From the NCBI RefSeq assembly GCF_006345805.1, contig NC_043001.1, forward strand, positions 109,678,001-109,742,000: a stretch of 64,000 bases of DNA. The letters are read 5' to 3'. The notes under the pieces are model-generated. The model worked only from the letters and a program-made list of their open reading frames with translations. It was not told the DNA's origin and searched no databases. The DNA is from Octopus sinensis (taxonomy: Eukaryota). Below are positions 52,183 through 64,000 of the stretch, piece by piece; position 1 is the stretch's first letter, and every line of letters begins with the position of its first letter. A program made the translations under genes and the position numbers.

Positions 52183-52421
52183 CATATACATATAATGCAT
52201 ATATATGTATATATACGTATGTCTGTGTGTCTGTATGTATTATATGTATGTATTATAATAATTATATACATAATTATAACAAGGGATTAGCATTATGCCT
52301 CTCCACGCGCTGAAAATTTACGCCAAATGATGCCAACACCACCTTAAACAACTCCCCAAGCACAGGCTGCCCTCCTGATGAATTCATTACTGATTTTTTC
52401 ATCCTTTATTTATTATAATTC

Positions 52422-52463
<42 letters not shown>

Positions 52464-52621
52464 CAAAAAGGGGACAAGAAAGCAAAACATCCGGACAGTC
52501 AGGTGATACAAAAAGTGACAACAAAACATCCACATAGACGATACAAAGAAAACAAGGACGGGTCATTTGAAGTTTTCCTTCCTCAATCAAGTACCAGATT
52601 ATCTTCGCAATTTCGGCTGGG

Positions 52622-52655
<34 letters not shown>

Positions 52656-52704
52656 ATTTCTCTCTCTCTCTCTATATATATATATATGTTTGTATGTCTC
52701 TGAC

Positions 52705-52905
52705 TACGTTTGTCGCCATCACCGCTTGCCAACCAGTGCTAGTGTGTTTACTTCCCCTTAACTAAGCGCTTCGGCAAAATACCCTATAAAATAAGTACGA
52801 AGCTTATAAAAACACAATTGCTGGGATCGAGTCACTCGACATAAAATTCTTGAAGGCGGTGCACCAGCATGGCCACAGTCTAATGATTGAAACAAGAAAA
52901 AGCTG
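52705..52905 (+). mobile_element. SINE S1 tail
   Basis: ccgcttgccaacc...ggcggtgcaccagcatggccacagtc. Confidence 0.8.
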
Positions 52906-53695
52906 AAAGGTATGACTTTCGAAATCCACGGTAATTTTCATTCACGCGAAAGAAGATATCGATCCGAATCTCCTAGACTTGTTTAGTGAAATAATCTTGA
53001 TTGAAAATTCATGACGCCAAATGCCTGTTTTGTTTTTTAAACCTTATTTAACCTGATGCCCTCGATATAAACTAGTTCCACAACACATGTGAAGGAGACA
53101 CACAGGTATTTGCTTTATTAAGGAGATCTGATGACACAGAAGTATGTCAGTTCCTTACGCTGTCATTTCTCGTAAGCAGGAAGTACTACATATTTTCACA
53201 AAATTTGTCTTCATTGAAATCATTTCCTTTTTTTCAATAAAAGTCCCGAACGAGATCATCCACGTTTCGTTCCTGTTACTCCAAGACAAAGAAAATTTCG
53301 CATAATTGCTAATACCTTTCTGGATATCTTTCAATACAGACTTAGATACTGGTATTTGAGTGAAGGCACCGTCGCTTATAGCATTTTATCATACAATAAA
53401 ATTAATTTCTGTTATTATTCCGATAAATCCTATTTTATAAATTAATTACTTCGCTGTTTTATATACACATTTATATATATTTTTACATACATATATATCT
53501 ATGTATATGTACATATATATATATATATTATATATATACATACACACACACACATATATATATATATACACTATATTATATATGTGCATATGTATGTATA
53601 TATAAATGTATAAATATATGGTTGCAAATATATATGTGTGTATGTGTATGTATGTATATACATATATATATATAATATATATATATTATATATCT

Positions 53696-53747
<52 letters not shown>

Positions 53748-54080
53748 TATATTTACATCCACAATATGTTTCTTTTGGTGTTCCTCTTTTCTTTCTTTTC
53801 TCAGCTCGTCGTCTATCTGTCAGTGAAATTGACAACTTCTTGTCAGTATTCTTTTTTTTCTTTTCCCAGTTCTCAGTTTATCAGACAAAATAGATAACGC
53901 TTGAAACCAGAAGTTCCTGTTTATCGAGAGAGATAAAGATAGAGACAGAGATAGAGAGGCAGAGAGAGGGAGAATTGGAAGAATTTTAAAATACAGATAA
54001 GTGTATTTACCATAAGAATCTAAAATATTTCGAAGCCGGGTGACTTCGAAGTTGTTTTGACATTAGTATATAGAGGAGAA

Positions 54081-54467
54081 TGTGGAGGCGCAATGGCCCA
54101 GTGGTTAGGGCAGCGGTTTCGCGGTCATAGGATCGCGGTTTCGATTCCCAGACCGGGCGTTGTGAGTGTTTATTGAGCGGAAACACCTAAAGCTCCACGA
54201 GCCTCCGGCAGGGATGTTGGTGATCCCTGCTGTACTCTTTCACCACAACTTTCTCTCACTCTTACTTCCTGTTTCTGTTGTACCTGTATTTCAAAGGGCC
54301 GGCCTTGTCACTCTCTGTGTTACGCTGAATATCCCCGAGAACTACGTTAAGGGTACACGTGTCTGTGGAATGCTCAGCCACTTACACGTTAATTTCACGA
54401 GCAGGCTGTTCCGTTGATCGGATCAACCGGAACCCTCGTCGTCGTAACCGACGGAGTGCTTCCATCC
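54081..54467 (+). mobile_element. SINE family S3, full length
   Basis: Head and body as at 20379. Confidence 0.88.
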
Positions 54468-54789
54468 ATAGAGGAAAATGATTAAAATCGGCCAAACTTG
54501 TAGATCGAACGTGTTTATAATATTATAATGCTTTTATATAACAAATGAACAGCAGTTTCTAAAACACCTCTATAAAATTACAATAACTCGACACAGCCGT
54601 CAAAATGGATTACATACCTATAAACATAGATAATATTGCTAAAATTGGAACTGTGTTTGAGAAATACTCGAACGCTCTGAAATGTATCTACGCTACTGTT
54701 AAGAAAAGAAAAAACAATCAATGACAACGAACGAATAAAAATAAGTGTATTCCTGTAAGGAATTGTGCCAAATTTTAGCATTGAAAGCT

Positions 54790-55154
54790 ACACCAGGCCA
54801 GAACGGGACGACACTGCATAGTGCCAAAGATCCTAGCAATGCCATTATGCTTCAGGACCAGTTACTGCAACAGCCTGGGTTTCAAGGGCCCACAGCTTTT
54901 TAATATTCTCCAAAGAGTCTGAGGAACTTGCACAAAGTAGATGCAGGGCTTTTTAAATCAAAGCTGGACCTCTTCCTGTCGAGAGTCCTAGATGAACCTA
55001 CTTCACGGCAAAAGGTGCAAATGAGGGTAGCTATATCAAAATCCATGCTTCACCAAGTGACAAATATTAGAAGAGGCTCTTAGTAATAACAGTGTAGCAA
55101 AACGGCGGTGCATCAGCATGGCCGCAGCTCTGAGCTGAAGCTAGAAAATAAAGT
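54790..55154 (+). mobile_element. CR1-group LINE 3' end
   Basis: GRHCIVPKI...NSLGFKGPQLFNILPKSLRNL....FKSKLDLFLSRVLDEP; 3' UTR ggcggtgcatcagcatggccgcag...aaaataaaag. Confidence 0.8.
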
Positions 55155-55197
55155 ATGTCTGTGTTTGAATGCATGTGATTCTGTATGCACGTGTGTG

Positions 55198-55244
<47 letters not shown>

Positions 55245-55599
55245 CATTAATGTCCGTTACGAATTGTAACCTTTCTGCAAGGTTAGTAGCTGACATTTAC
55301 TGCGGGCATTTTTACGGTGACAGGTTTTTATCTACGCCTACACGTATGTTACGATTCGATATCCTGTTGTCAAGTACTATTGATGTATCAGACGATGTCC
55401 GTAATATCCCGATATCCACTCCTTTGCCTCTCGAGAAATCTCATCAGTCAAACTAAACTACACTTAGAATTTGAGTTGAAGTTATCAACATTATTCCTTA
55501 TGAATATTCATTGAAAATCGCACACATTTCCGCTCTCCCACATATACATACACACGCATGTTTCTATATGCCTGTCTCTATGTATGTATATATGTATCA

Positions 55600-55975
<376 letters not shown>

Positions 55976-57064
55976 GTAGACAGGCAGACAGGTGGCAGGC
56001 AGTCAGACAGACGAATATATAGATGCATAGTGAGACAGACTGGCAGAAGAAATATACCTATATGATGGATAAATGTTAATTATATTCATGTTAAGTATCT
56101 CCAAGTGTATATCTATAGGTCTGTGCATGTATCTGTGAGAGTGCACGTTTGTATATTTGCATAAATGGTTGAATATTTTGTAAACAATAAACACAGTATT
56201 TGTTAAAAAAAAAGAACAGAACAAGAATATTTATGACTGTAGGTAACGCACATAAAAACAAAAAAACAAAAACAAAGAGAAAACATTCATACAATAATGC
56301 TTCTCAACTGAAAGTGAAACCAACTTAAGTATGTTCTCATAAAGCATATGAGAAATCAAATTTTAACATTTCAGTAAGTATGTAGTTTGGTACTTTTGAC
56401 GTCCATCATTTACAAATTTACATATAAGTGATAGTGATATTTAATTAGCTATAAAGGTAAGTACCACAATAAAATTTTGTATTTGTATTGGGAAATTGAT
56501 CGAATTTCATCTACAACTAAAACTGAAAGTGATGGACGGAACACGATGATGCATCATATTTAAAAAGAGTTTTAGTAGTGTGTGCATTAGTGTATACTCG
56601 TATATATACAATATATAAACAAGTTATAACCTACGACAGAAATACGTCAAAATATTTATGAAATTTTTTCTTTGTATATAATTTGTTGCTGAAATATTTT
56701 TCTCTTTCTAAGATACCTTTTTGTATAATAAACAATAAATATATAATAATTGTTGTGCTAGTCCATATTTTTGCATTTAAAAAATTTTCCATTCCTCGAA
56801 TAAATTTCCATTACACAAAACCACCAAAAACACTTGGACCCAATCAAACGCTTACACATAATACATAAAGGACGCCCAAAAAGGTCCATGGAAATGAATC
56901 CACACATGTAGCAATGCCACTCAAACAATGTTTTATTTTCTCATTGCCTATGTTTTTGATTATCATTTCGATTGTCTCTCACTCTCTCTTTCTTTCTGTT
57001 TCACTCATGTTTTCTTAAATTATAAATATGCACTCAACTTTGAACACTTGAAGAGAAATGTTTG

Positions 57065-57683
57065 AAACTTAAATGTTATCTATGTGCATCACACCAGCTC
57101 CCAGAACTTCAGTTCTCACAAATCGCAGTTGACCCCTCTGACCTTGTCAAAGAAATCTTCACTGATTTTATTGAGATATAGCTTTTTACCACTTTTCCAA
57201 CATTATGTATTATGCAGCCTCGACAGTAAACCTTTATCTTCACTGCCCACGTTACGCCCAACTCCACAGAGTACACACCTGTAAATCTTCACCTGATCTT
57301 TCACTGTGTACCACGTTAATTTCACCAGCTTACTTGAACACATGTTAAATACTTGAACAAATCCAACGGCCTCAAATCAATACGATCACCGACCACGACA
57401 ATGTTCAGCCCATTACCCTCTAGTATTGTATCGAACAGTTACCTTCAGTATATACGAAGCTCTTCAAGCGATTCTGTCCAGAGTACGTCTGGGTGCATGT
57501 TGGAACGCTTGAATGTGTCCCATACAAATAGGCCCCACCCCTCTGAATGGGCAACTGATTGTCGGATCACGAACGTTTCCAGTATCCTCAAAAATAAAAG
57601 AAATAATACGGGAACAGGCAGGATATCATGGCTAGCGTGCAGGTCGCGAGTACATAGCTTGTGGATAAATCAAGTTCTAACAT
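57065..57683 (-). pseudogene. Probable decayed cytochrome P450 (CYP26-like) N-terminal third
   Basis: Across frameshifts: MLELDLSTSYVLATCTLAMISCLFPYYFFYF (membrane anchor), RDP..LPI.RG, GW.LF.(G)DTF, GN.F.TIL, RVMG(AE)NI, VQVSW, KSYI, VLG...C..ITF. The order matches the CYP26 N-terminus as I recall it; by-eye alignment only. Confidence 0.45.
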
Positions 57684-58006
57684 GGCCGTATTTTCATATT
57701 TGATTTCTTTTTTTTTATGTTTGCATAATTATTTTCCTGTCTTCAATACAATCACAAGTTTCCATAACTAGGTAGCATTATTGCGTACTCACAACGCATT
57801 TACTATTACAAACTGTTGTGAGTGAACGCCATATTGATATCAAAACATATTGTTGTTATTCTTATTGCCCCATTCAAAACTGATGAGAACGTGTCAATAA
57901 AACTTTTTTTCTATGTTCCCAAATGACCACTTAAGGAAATATGACTGACATTAGGTTTCTTAATCAGATGTGAGTGAATCTAAATTGAAAATAATTATAA
58001 TTTCAA

Positions 58007-58389
58007 CTAGCAGTATCGCCCGACGTTGCTCGGATTTGTTTCGACCCTTTAGAATTGAATTTATGAAAAGTAAAACTTTTACACTATGTAGCTTGTTATT
58101 CTCTTTAAGTAAACATTTTTCTGGTTGAAATACACCGAAAAGAGCGACGCAGCAGTAAAAAAATCGTAAAAAATAGGGATTTTCATGGGAAAAAAGCACC
58201 TTTTTGATGTAAATAAATTTTGGTGTTAACATGGTCCGATTTAAATTTTTTCTTCTACGGAGGAAAAGCAAGCCTTCTATCATATTCTCAATTTGGTCAC
58301 CTTGCTCCGCAGGGTCTCAGAGGAGACAGTGTTAGTTGAAGGCTACCAAACCTGCCATACACAGACAACTTCAGCTTTATATATAGAGA
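58007..58389 (-). mobile_element. Non-autonomous Helitron-like element
   Basis: 5' TC(tctatatataaagctg), 3' ccgagcaacgtcgggcgatactgCTAG, A/T target. Confidence 0.8.
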
Positions 58390-58730
58390 TATATTAATTC
58401 TGATTCATAAATAATAGTCAGTCAAATTAGTGTAATAATTAAGGTACTACGAGAAATATGTCCGTTCTGCTCCACAGTAACACCAACTAGTTATAACTAC
58501 TGTTGCAATGTAAACATTTTCCCGAAACTTGAGAGGGTGTCCCATTGTGGAGCAGATCAAAATTGTATACTGCATGCTTTCTTTTGCATACACGTGCTCC
58601 TTTACGAGTAAATAACTTATTTCACTGTGATCAATAAACTTCATTTTACCCACACTCGGTGAAGGTATATAACATTGATATGAGTTTGACGTATTTGACT
58701 TCTGTTGATTGTAATACAGAAATATACATG

Positions 58731-59066
58731 CAGAGAGATTTATACATTAGCAGCACGATAAAGTGATAGTATGTTGTCAACTTAATGAGACAGTCCCATG
58801 AAAGGGAAGAATGCTACTGTTATTTAGCTCTAGGAAACACTGTTTCCTGTTGGCCTTGATACATTTCCTCTGTCATTTTGTTTTCAAAGGGGAGATAAGT
58901 ACCTCCACCCAGCAAAGCCATCATTCAGAGACTAGTTTCAGAGCCATTGCTCATCATCAGTCTGGAGTAGCACGGCGTGCTAGCTGTTGATGTCCCTCGC
59001 CTTTGAAAACATATATATTTCAAGTGAAATATACATACATACACACACGCATCTACGCAAACTTGT
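58731..59066 (-). mobile_element. pLTR-like repeat family H, copy 1
   Basis: Near-identical to 60866-61200; contains a hammerhead motif. Confidence 0.8.
58926..58964 (-). ncRNA. Minimal type I hammerhead ribozyme (family H)
   Basis: CAGA CTGATGA T GAGC aatg GCTC T GAA ACTAGT C TCTG; GUC triplet. Confidence 0.7.
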
Positions 59067-59466
59067 TGCACATTTGCTTCAAAGCTGATCTATCAGAAAT
59101 AAAGAGATCTGTAATTGAAATTATCCTCTTAAGCTGTCTTTGTTATATTCACCTACCAACCAAATCATAAACGCCATCACAACTCGAGTATGTACATATT
59201 TGTAGGGGAAACCTCTTTTCCGATTGATAAGTATGCAGGTCTTCCGGTCATATCTTTGTGGATTCGACTTATGAACCCGGCTTTAAATAGTAGTCTTGAA
59301 CAGCTTATTTCATATCACATTGCTTCAGATGACCCAGCTGAAAGGAATTACCAAATGCTGCAGCATAATTCTCTCGCCTTAGTACCTACCCCTTCGTTTA
59401 GAAGTCGCAAGTAGAAGGCAGAGCGTGCAGAGAGTGTGCAGGTATCCTGTTGCTTAATTTAATTTT

Positions 59467-59503
<37 letters not shown>

Positions 59504-59680
59504 CATGTGTGTGTGTGTGCAGACAGTGCAGTTGAAATGCACATAGGTCCAGAAAAAGATGCCGTAAATAACTGTTAAATAAAATAATGCATGTGAAAAA
59601 TCTCCGTTCTTCCTATTTATATAAGCAAAATAGGACAAAGTAGAAAACGCTAAAATAATTTTATCAGGAAGAACATTTTT

Positions 59681-59712
59681 GTACCGGTTTCAGTCTTTGC
59701 GACTTTTTCAAC
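59681..59712 (-). ncRNA. Hammerhead-like motif with U3-A8 core (family I)
   Basis: g TTGAAAA AGTC gcaaa GACT GAA ACCGGT A c; only 1 bp of stem I. Confidence 0.4.
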
Positions 59713-60071
59713 TTAGAGTAAACCATGAAAAACTAAGAAATTGTGGCAAAATTAAATTAAATGTTTTAAAAAATATTTCCATTGTTTTCAAATACAAAGG
59801 ACATTTTCCTTTTTTCTGACTATCTCTGTCTCTCTTTCTTACTCATATAAACATATATACACATACACGTACACACACGCGCGCACACACACAAATGTTC
59901 CAGGGTATATCCTATAGAAAATTTCGTAAACTGAAATTATGTTGCTTGGATCCAAATCATACTGTTATTAAATAATATATGTAAATCCACCCAAATGAGC
60001 TTAGTACTACTTTTCTTCGTTTCTCCCCTCACCTGCATGTATATATATATATATATATATATATGCGTGTA

Positions 60072-60113
<42 letters not shown>

Positions 60114-60680
60114 TATGAATTCATACATACATATCTACACAATTATGTTTATACAACTATGGCTACGTGAACGAAACTTATCTTCCATTACACCTTTACC
60201 TAATTACCTGCCTGGAAATGTTTTCAATATAATGAGCTGTCTGGAATAATGTTCAGTGATGTGCGTATATTTTCTTTTGACAACTGTTTATTCCCATGTG
60301 GGATACCAGGAGACTGCTTCTAGCTGCTCAAGTAAGCTAATAATTTCTCAATCGTAAATGCTATATTTAGGAATCAGCGTTTTCTGCTCTCTTCGTCCAA
60401 CAAACTTGTGAAATTTATTCGAACCAATTTGCTCATACTGTTTTGTAATATGTTATCACATGTCATTATTAATCTACACCTGAATGCTTTAGTTAAATTT
60501 ATAACAAAAATATGTTTCGTATTTTCTTTATTTTGAATATTGAATTACAAGTGTAGCAAAGGTCTCTTAACACTTTCTTATGTAAGTATATATATACACA
60601 CATACATACTTACCCCCCCATATATATACATATATATATTTATATATATATATATATATGCATATATATGTATGTATATA

Positions 60681-60713
<33 letters not shown>

Positions 60714-60732
60714 GTATATATATATATATATA

Positions 60733-60766
<34 letters not shown>

Positions 60767-60865
60767 TATATATATATATATATATGTATATCTATCTCTC
60801 TCTCTATCTCTCTCTCTATATATATACATATATATAAAATAGAATAATATATTTCTAAATCTCTC

Positions 60866-61200
60866 AGAGAGATTTATACATTAGCAGCACGATTAAGTGA
60901 TAGTATGTTGTCAACTTAATGTGACAGTCCCATGAAAGGGAAGAATGCTACTGTTATTTAGCTCTAGGAAATACTGTTTCCTGTTGGCCTTGATACATTT
61001 CCTGTGTCATTTTGTTTTCAATGGGGAGATAAGTACCTCCACCCAGCAAAGCCATCATTCAGAGACTAGTTTCAGAGCCATTGCTCATCATCAGTCTGGA
61101 GTAGCACGGCGTGCTAGCTGTCGATGTCCCTCGCCTTTGAAAACATATATATTTCAAGTGAAATATACATACATACATACACGCATCTATGCAAACTTGT
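60866..61200 (-). mobile_element. pLTR-like repeat family H, copy 2
   Basis: Direct repeat of 58731-59066, hammerhead offset 2134 bp. Confidence 0.8.
61060..61098 (-). ncRNA. Minimal type I hammerhead ribozyme (family H)
   Basis: Identical to 58926-58964. Confidence 0.7.
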
Positions 61201-61296
61201 GCGTGAATAATGCATTTTTGTGTGTCGATGTATGTTATGCAACATATATAATATTTATTTCTGTATATAGATATATTGCTTAATTATTATGCAATG

Positions 61297-61328
<32 letters not shown>

Positions 61329-61735
61329 ATGACATTGCATAATAATTAAGCAATATTTAAATATTTGTTTTTGAGTTCGTGTATATTAATTGTAACTTTC
61401 CTTATGAAAACCCACCAATTATCAAAACTCGCAGTATCATTAAGGAATCACAAATTATCAAGAATTGAAGACAACTATAATACCTTGAGAGAATGATCAA
61501 ATTCCTATCAGAAAATAAAATATATTAAGTACGTAACTGTACAGGGAGGCGTTCATTGTGGGACGTGTGCAATCAACAGGACAAATTTCCATGTTTCAAG
61601 AATGGGAAGGAATTACAGATTAAGGCAAACAAAATCACAGCGACACACAGACACTCACAGGTAGATAAACATGAAGTAGTCCTTCTGTTGCTTACGTTAG
61701 AGGTGAACATTACAAAATAAGCCAACTAGTTTATG

Positions 61736-61915
61736 TACACAAGGGGATGCTGAAGGGTGTCTTCCGAGTTCTTTCACTGGGCTTAGAAAAAGTAAAGGAC
61801 CGCTGCAATAAGTGTGTTAATCTGCGAGACGAAGATATTATTTCAAATCATAATTAACCGATCCTCCTCAATTTTCTTTAACCCAAAGCCAGGAACTTTT
61901 CAGCACCCCATCGTA
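61736..61915. mobile_element. Mariner-like MITE remnant
   Basis: Left tacacaaggggatgctgaa versus right ttcagcaccccatcgta. Confidence 0.5.
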
Positions 61916-62519
61916 TTTAAAAATATGCTAAAAGTTCACGTAGACATTGTAGTGCGTTTGGAATTACTTATTTCTGAAAACATTGAAACATTGAAGCCGC
62001 GTCTCTGTAGGTATGGTGTAGCTATATATAAACCTGACATATATAGCCAGGTTTACGGCAGAAGAGCTTCCGCCATGCAAATTTCATTTCCTTTTTAATG
62101 CAGTGACAAATATTTTGCATGGTGTGAATGGCCGCTGTGTGAATAACTTTAGCTAGGACTTTATTTTCTCCTTAACGATAAGATACTGACGCTATTAGTT
62201 TAAAGTTTCAGGGTGGGATTTTCAATGAACGTTAAAAATAAATGCAGCGTATGCAAACAGAATTTTTTTTCAAAATTGTTTTACAACAAAATAAATAGAA
62301 TCTGACACACAAAATATGATTCACTATTTCACTATTCAAATGTATCTTGGGATAAATAAAATTTTACAAATGATCAACAAGTATATAACAGATCGTAGAA
62401 CGAGTATAACAAGTATATAAAATAGAGAAACATTAAGAAGTGTATAATGACTCCGCGATGTTCGATATATGTCCCTTGCGGAAGTATATACTAGAATGAT
62501 GAATGGTCAATGTATTTAA

Positions 62520-62548
62520 TGTTGTTGTTGTTGTTATTATTATTATTA

Positions 62549-62607
<59 letters not shown>
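62520..62607. repeat. (TTG)n(TTA)n microsatellite
   Basis: Direct reading; could be the (AAT)n tail of a minus-strand LINE. Confidence 0.95.
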
Positions 62608-62970
62608 TTCCTTCTTTCTTCAAATCTTCTTCCTTTTCTCGCCGAGTGTTTTCCGTACTCCTAGGGCAGAGAAGCTCATTTTATGCATTTCCAGATTACA
62701 CACGCAAATTCACAGGTAAGATATGTATTTAGAAAATTAATAAATGAATGAATTCATGAATGGATGTTGTTTTCTCTTGTATCTTGTTAATAATAATGGT
62801 TGTGCAGAAGATCGTAATAGCGTGATAGGAATAGGAACTGTAAGTAGAAAGGTAATAAGAGTATTATTGATTTTAGTGGTAGTAATAATTTAGGTAGTAA
62901 AGATGGAACTGGTGGTTATAATAATAATTGTAAGAATTTGTCAAGTGGCTTTTAATGCTATTTGTAACAT

Positions 62971-63810
62971 GTAATCCAACGACTAAACCGGCAACCCTAC
63001 CAAGCGCTTGCCTGGTAAGAAGGGTGAATTTTGTTGGACACCCAACAGGACGCAAAACAAACCTGTTAAAGGGTAGATGACACCCAGAGATTCAACAGCT
63101 ACGCAACTGTATGAATTATATATAATGCGAGTATAAATACTGGAGGTGGCGAACAGCTTATGATAAACAGATTAAATGAGGGCAGACAAGTCTCTCAAAA
63201 CTCTTGGGTGACAACGTGTCTTGTGATAATAACACGATATAATTACTGGTTGGTGGTAACCTTAAAACGCATACATCAATTCTAAGAGGAATATTAATAT
63301 TGAGAAGTAATCATAATGCCGGAGCTTTCGGCGAAATTGTCATGTCCTGCAGATATCCTGTGGAATAGCAGCGCAGGCCCGCTCGTCTTCCAGTTACTGC
63401 TGAAGGAGATTAAAATGGATGAAGAAGAACAACAAATTATTGTTCGAATGTTATATTAAGAGAAATCCAAAGAAATGCAGGAAAAGATTGTTAGAGCTCT
63501 GGAAAAAATATTATAAGTATAAAGGACAAAATGTTGTTAGAGATAATGGAAAAAGAGGAGATAATAAAAGTGAGAAATGACGTGCAAGGGACGATTGGTT
63601 CAGAAAAAAATACACATACAACAGACTTGTCAAAGCTGGGACATGGAGAGGGGTCATCAACAATATACAGAAGCCATTTGTCTACCTCCAAGAAGAAATT
63701 AACCCAGGCACCAGAAGAAATTAACCCAGAACAAACTATTCTCCGCGACAGAATTCTGGAATTAATGTTACTTGAGGAAAGGAAAAAGGTTACCATTATT
63801 GTAATCATGT
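62971..63810 (+). mobile_element. R4/Dong-like non-LTR retrotransposon 5' fragment, decayed
   Basis: KWMKKNNKLLFECYIKRNPKKCRKRLLELW and EQTILRDRILELMLLEERKK resemble the N-terminus of R4-clade ORFs as I recall it. Confidence 0.55.
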
Positions 63811-64000
63811 GATAAATTGAAAAAAGTATGCCCTTTTGTTATCACTGATTACTAAAATCGTTTTTGTATCATGTGTATATGAATATCTAAACATATTCAG
63901 AAACACACACTCACGACTATGAATACACCCATGTATATAAATGAATCCATTTTATGGATATAATAATGTACACATGAATATCCCGTATTTTGAACCTAGA

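Noticed and set aside
59329-59441. Plus-strand exon-like segment (cttcag...cag/gtatcc)
   Set aside because: Stops in all frames, and it lies inside the family H repeat unit.

Overview
Eukaryotic, very AT-rich, repeat-dominated window. It is most likely intronic or intergenic DNA from an octopus (cephalopod) genome; this is inferred from the SINE families and the (TA)n/(TATC)n/(CATA)n landscape, not proven. Almost all entries in the ORF track are translations of microsatellites or SINEs. Recognisable content: (i) about 25 copies of four tRNA-derived SINE families; (ii) decayed DNA transposons (mariner, a DD37D maT-type element, a long-TIR element, MITEs, two Helitron-like elements); (iii) decayed non-LTR retrotransposons (two HERO-type RLE fragments, RTE-BovB-like, CR1-group, R4/Dong-like, a Penelope-type RT ORF); (iv) a probable CYP26-like P450 pseudogene; (v) short candidate exons of an unidentified minus-strand host gene, including a possible 3-nt and a 21-nt microexon. 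The most striking signal is a set of at least eight sequence-unrelated minimal type I hammerhead-ribozyme motifs with palindromic stem III, typical of Penelope-like elements. They sit in head-to-head palindromes or direct repeats, and several carry non-canonical core changes (U3-A8, A6U, U.U or A.A at 10.1-11.1). All alignments were done by eye; no searches or folding were run, and boundaries of decayed elements are approximate.
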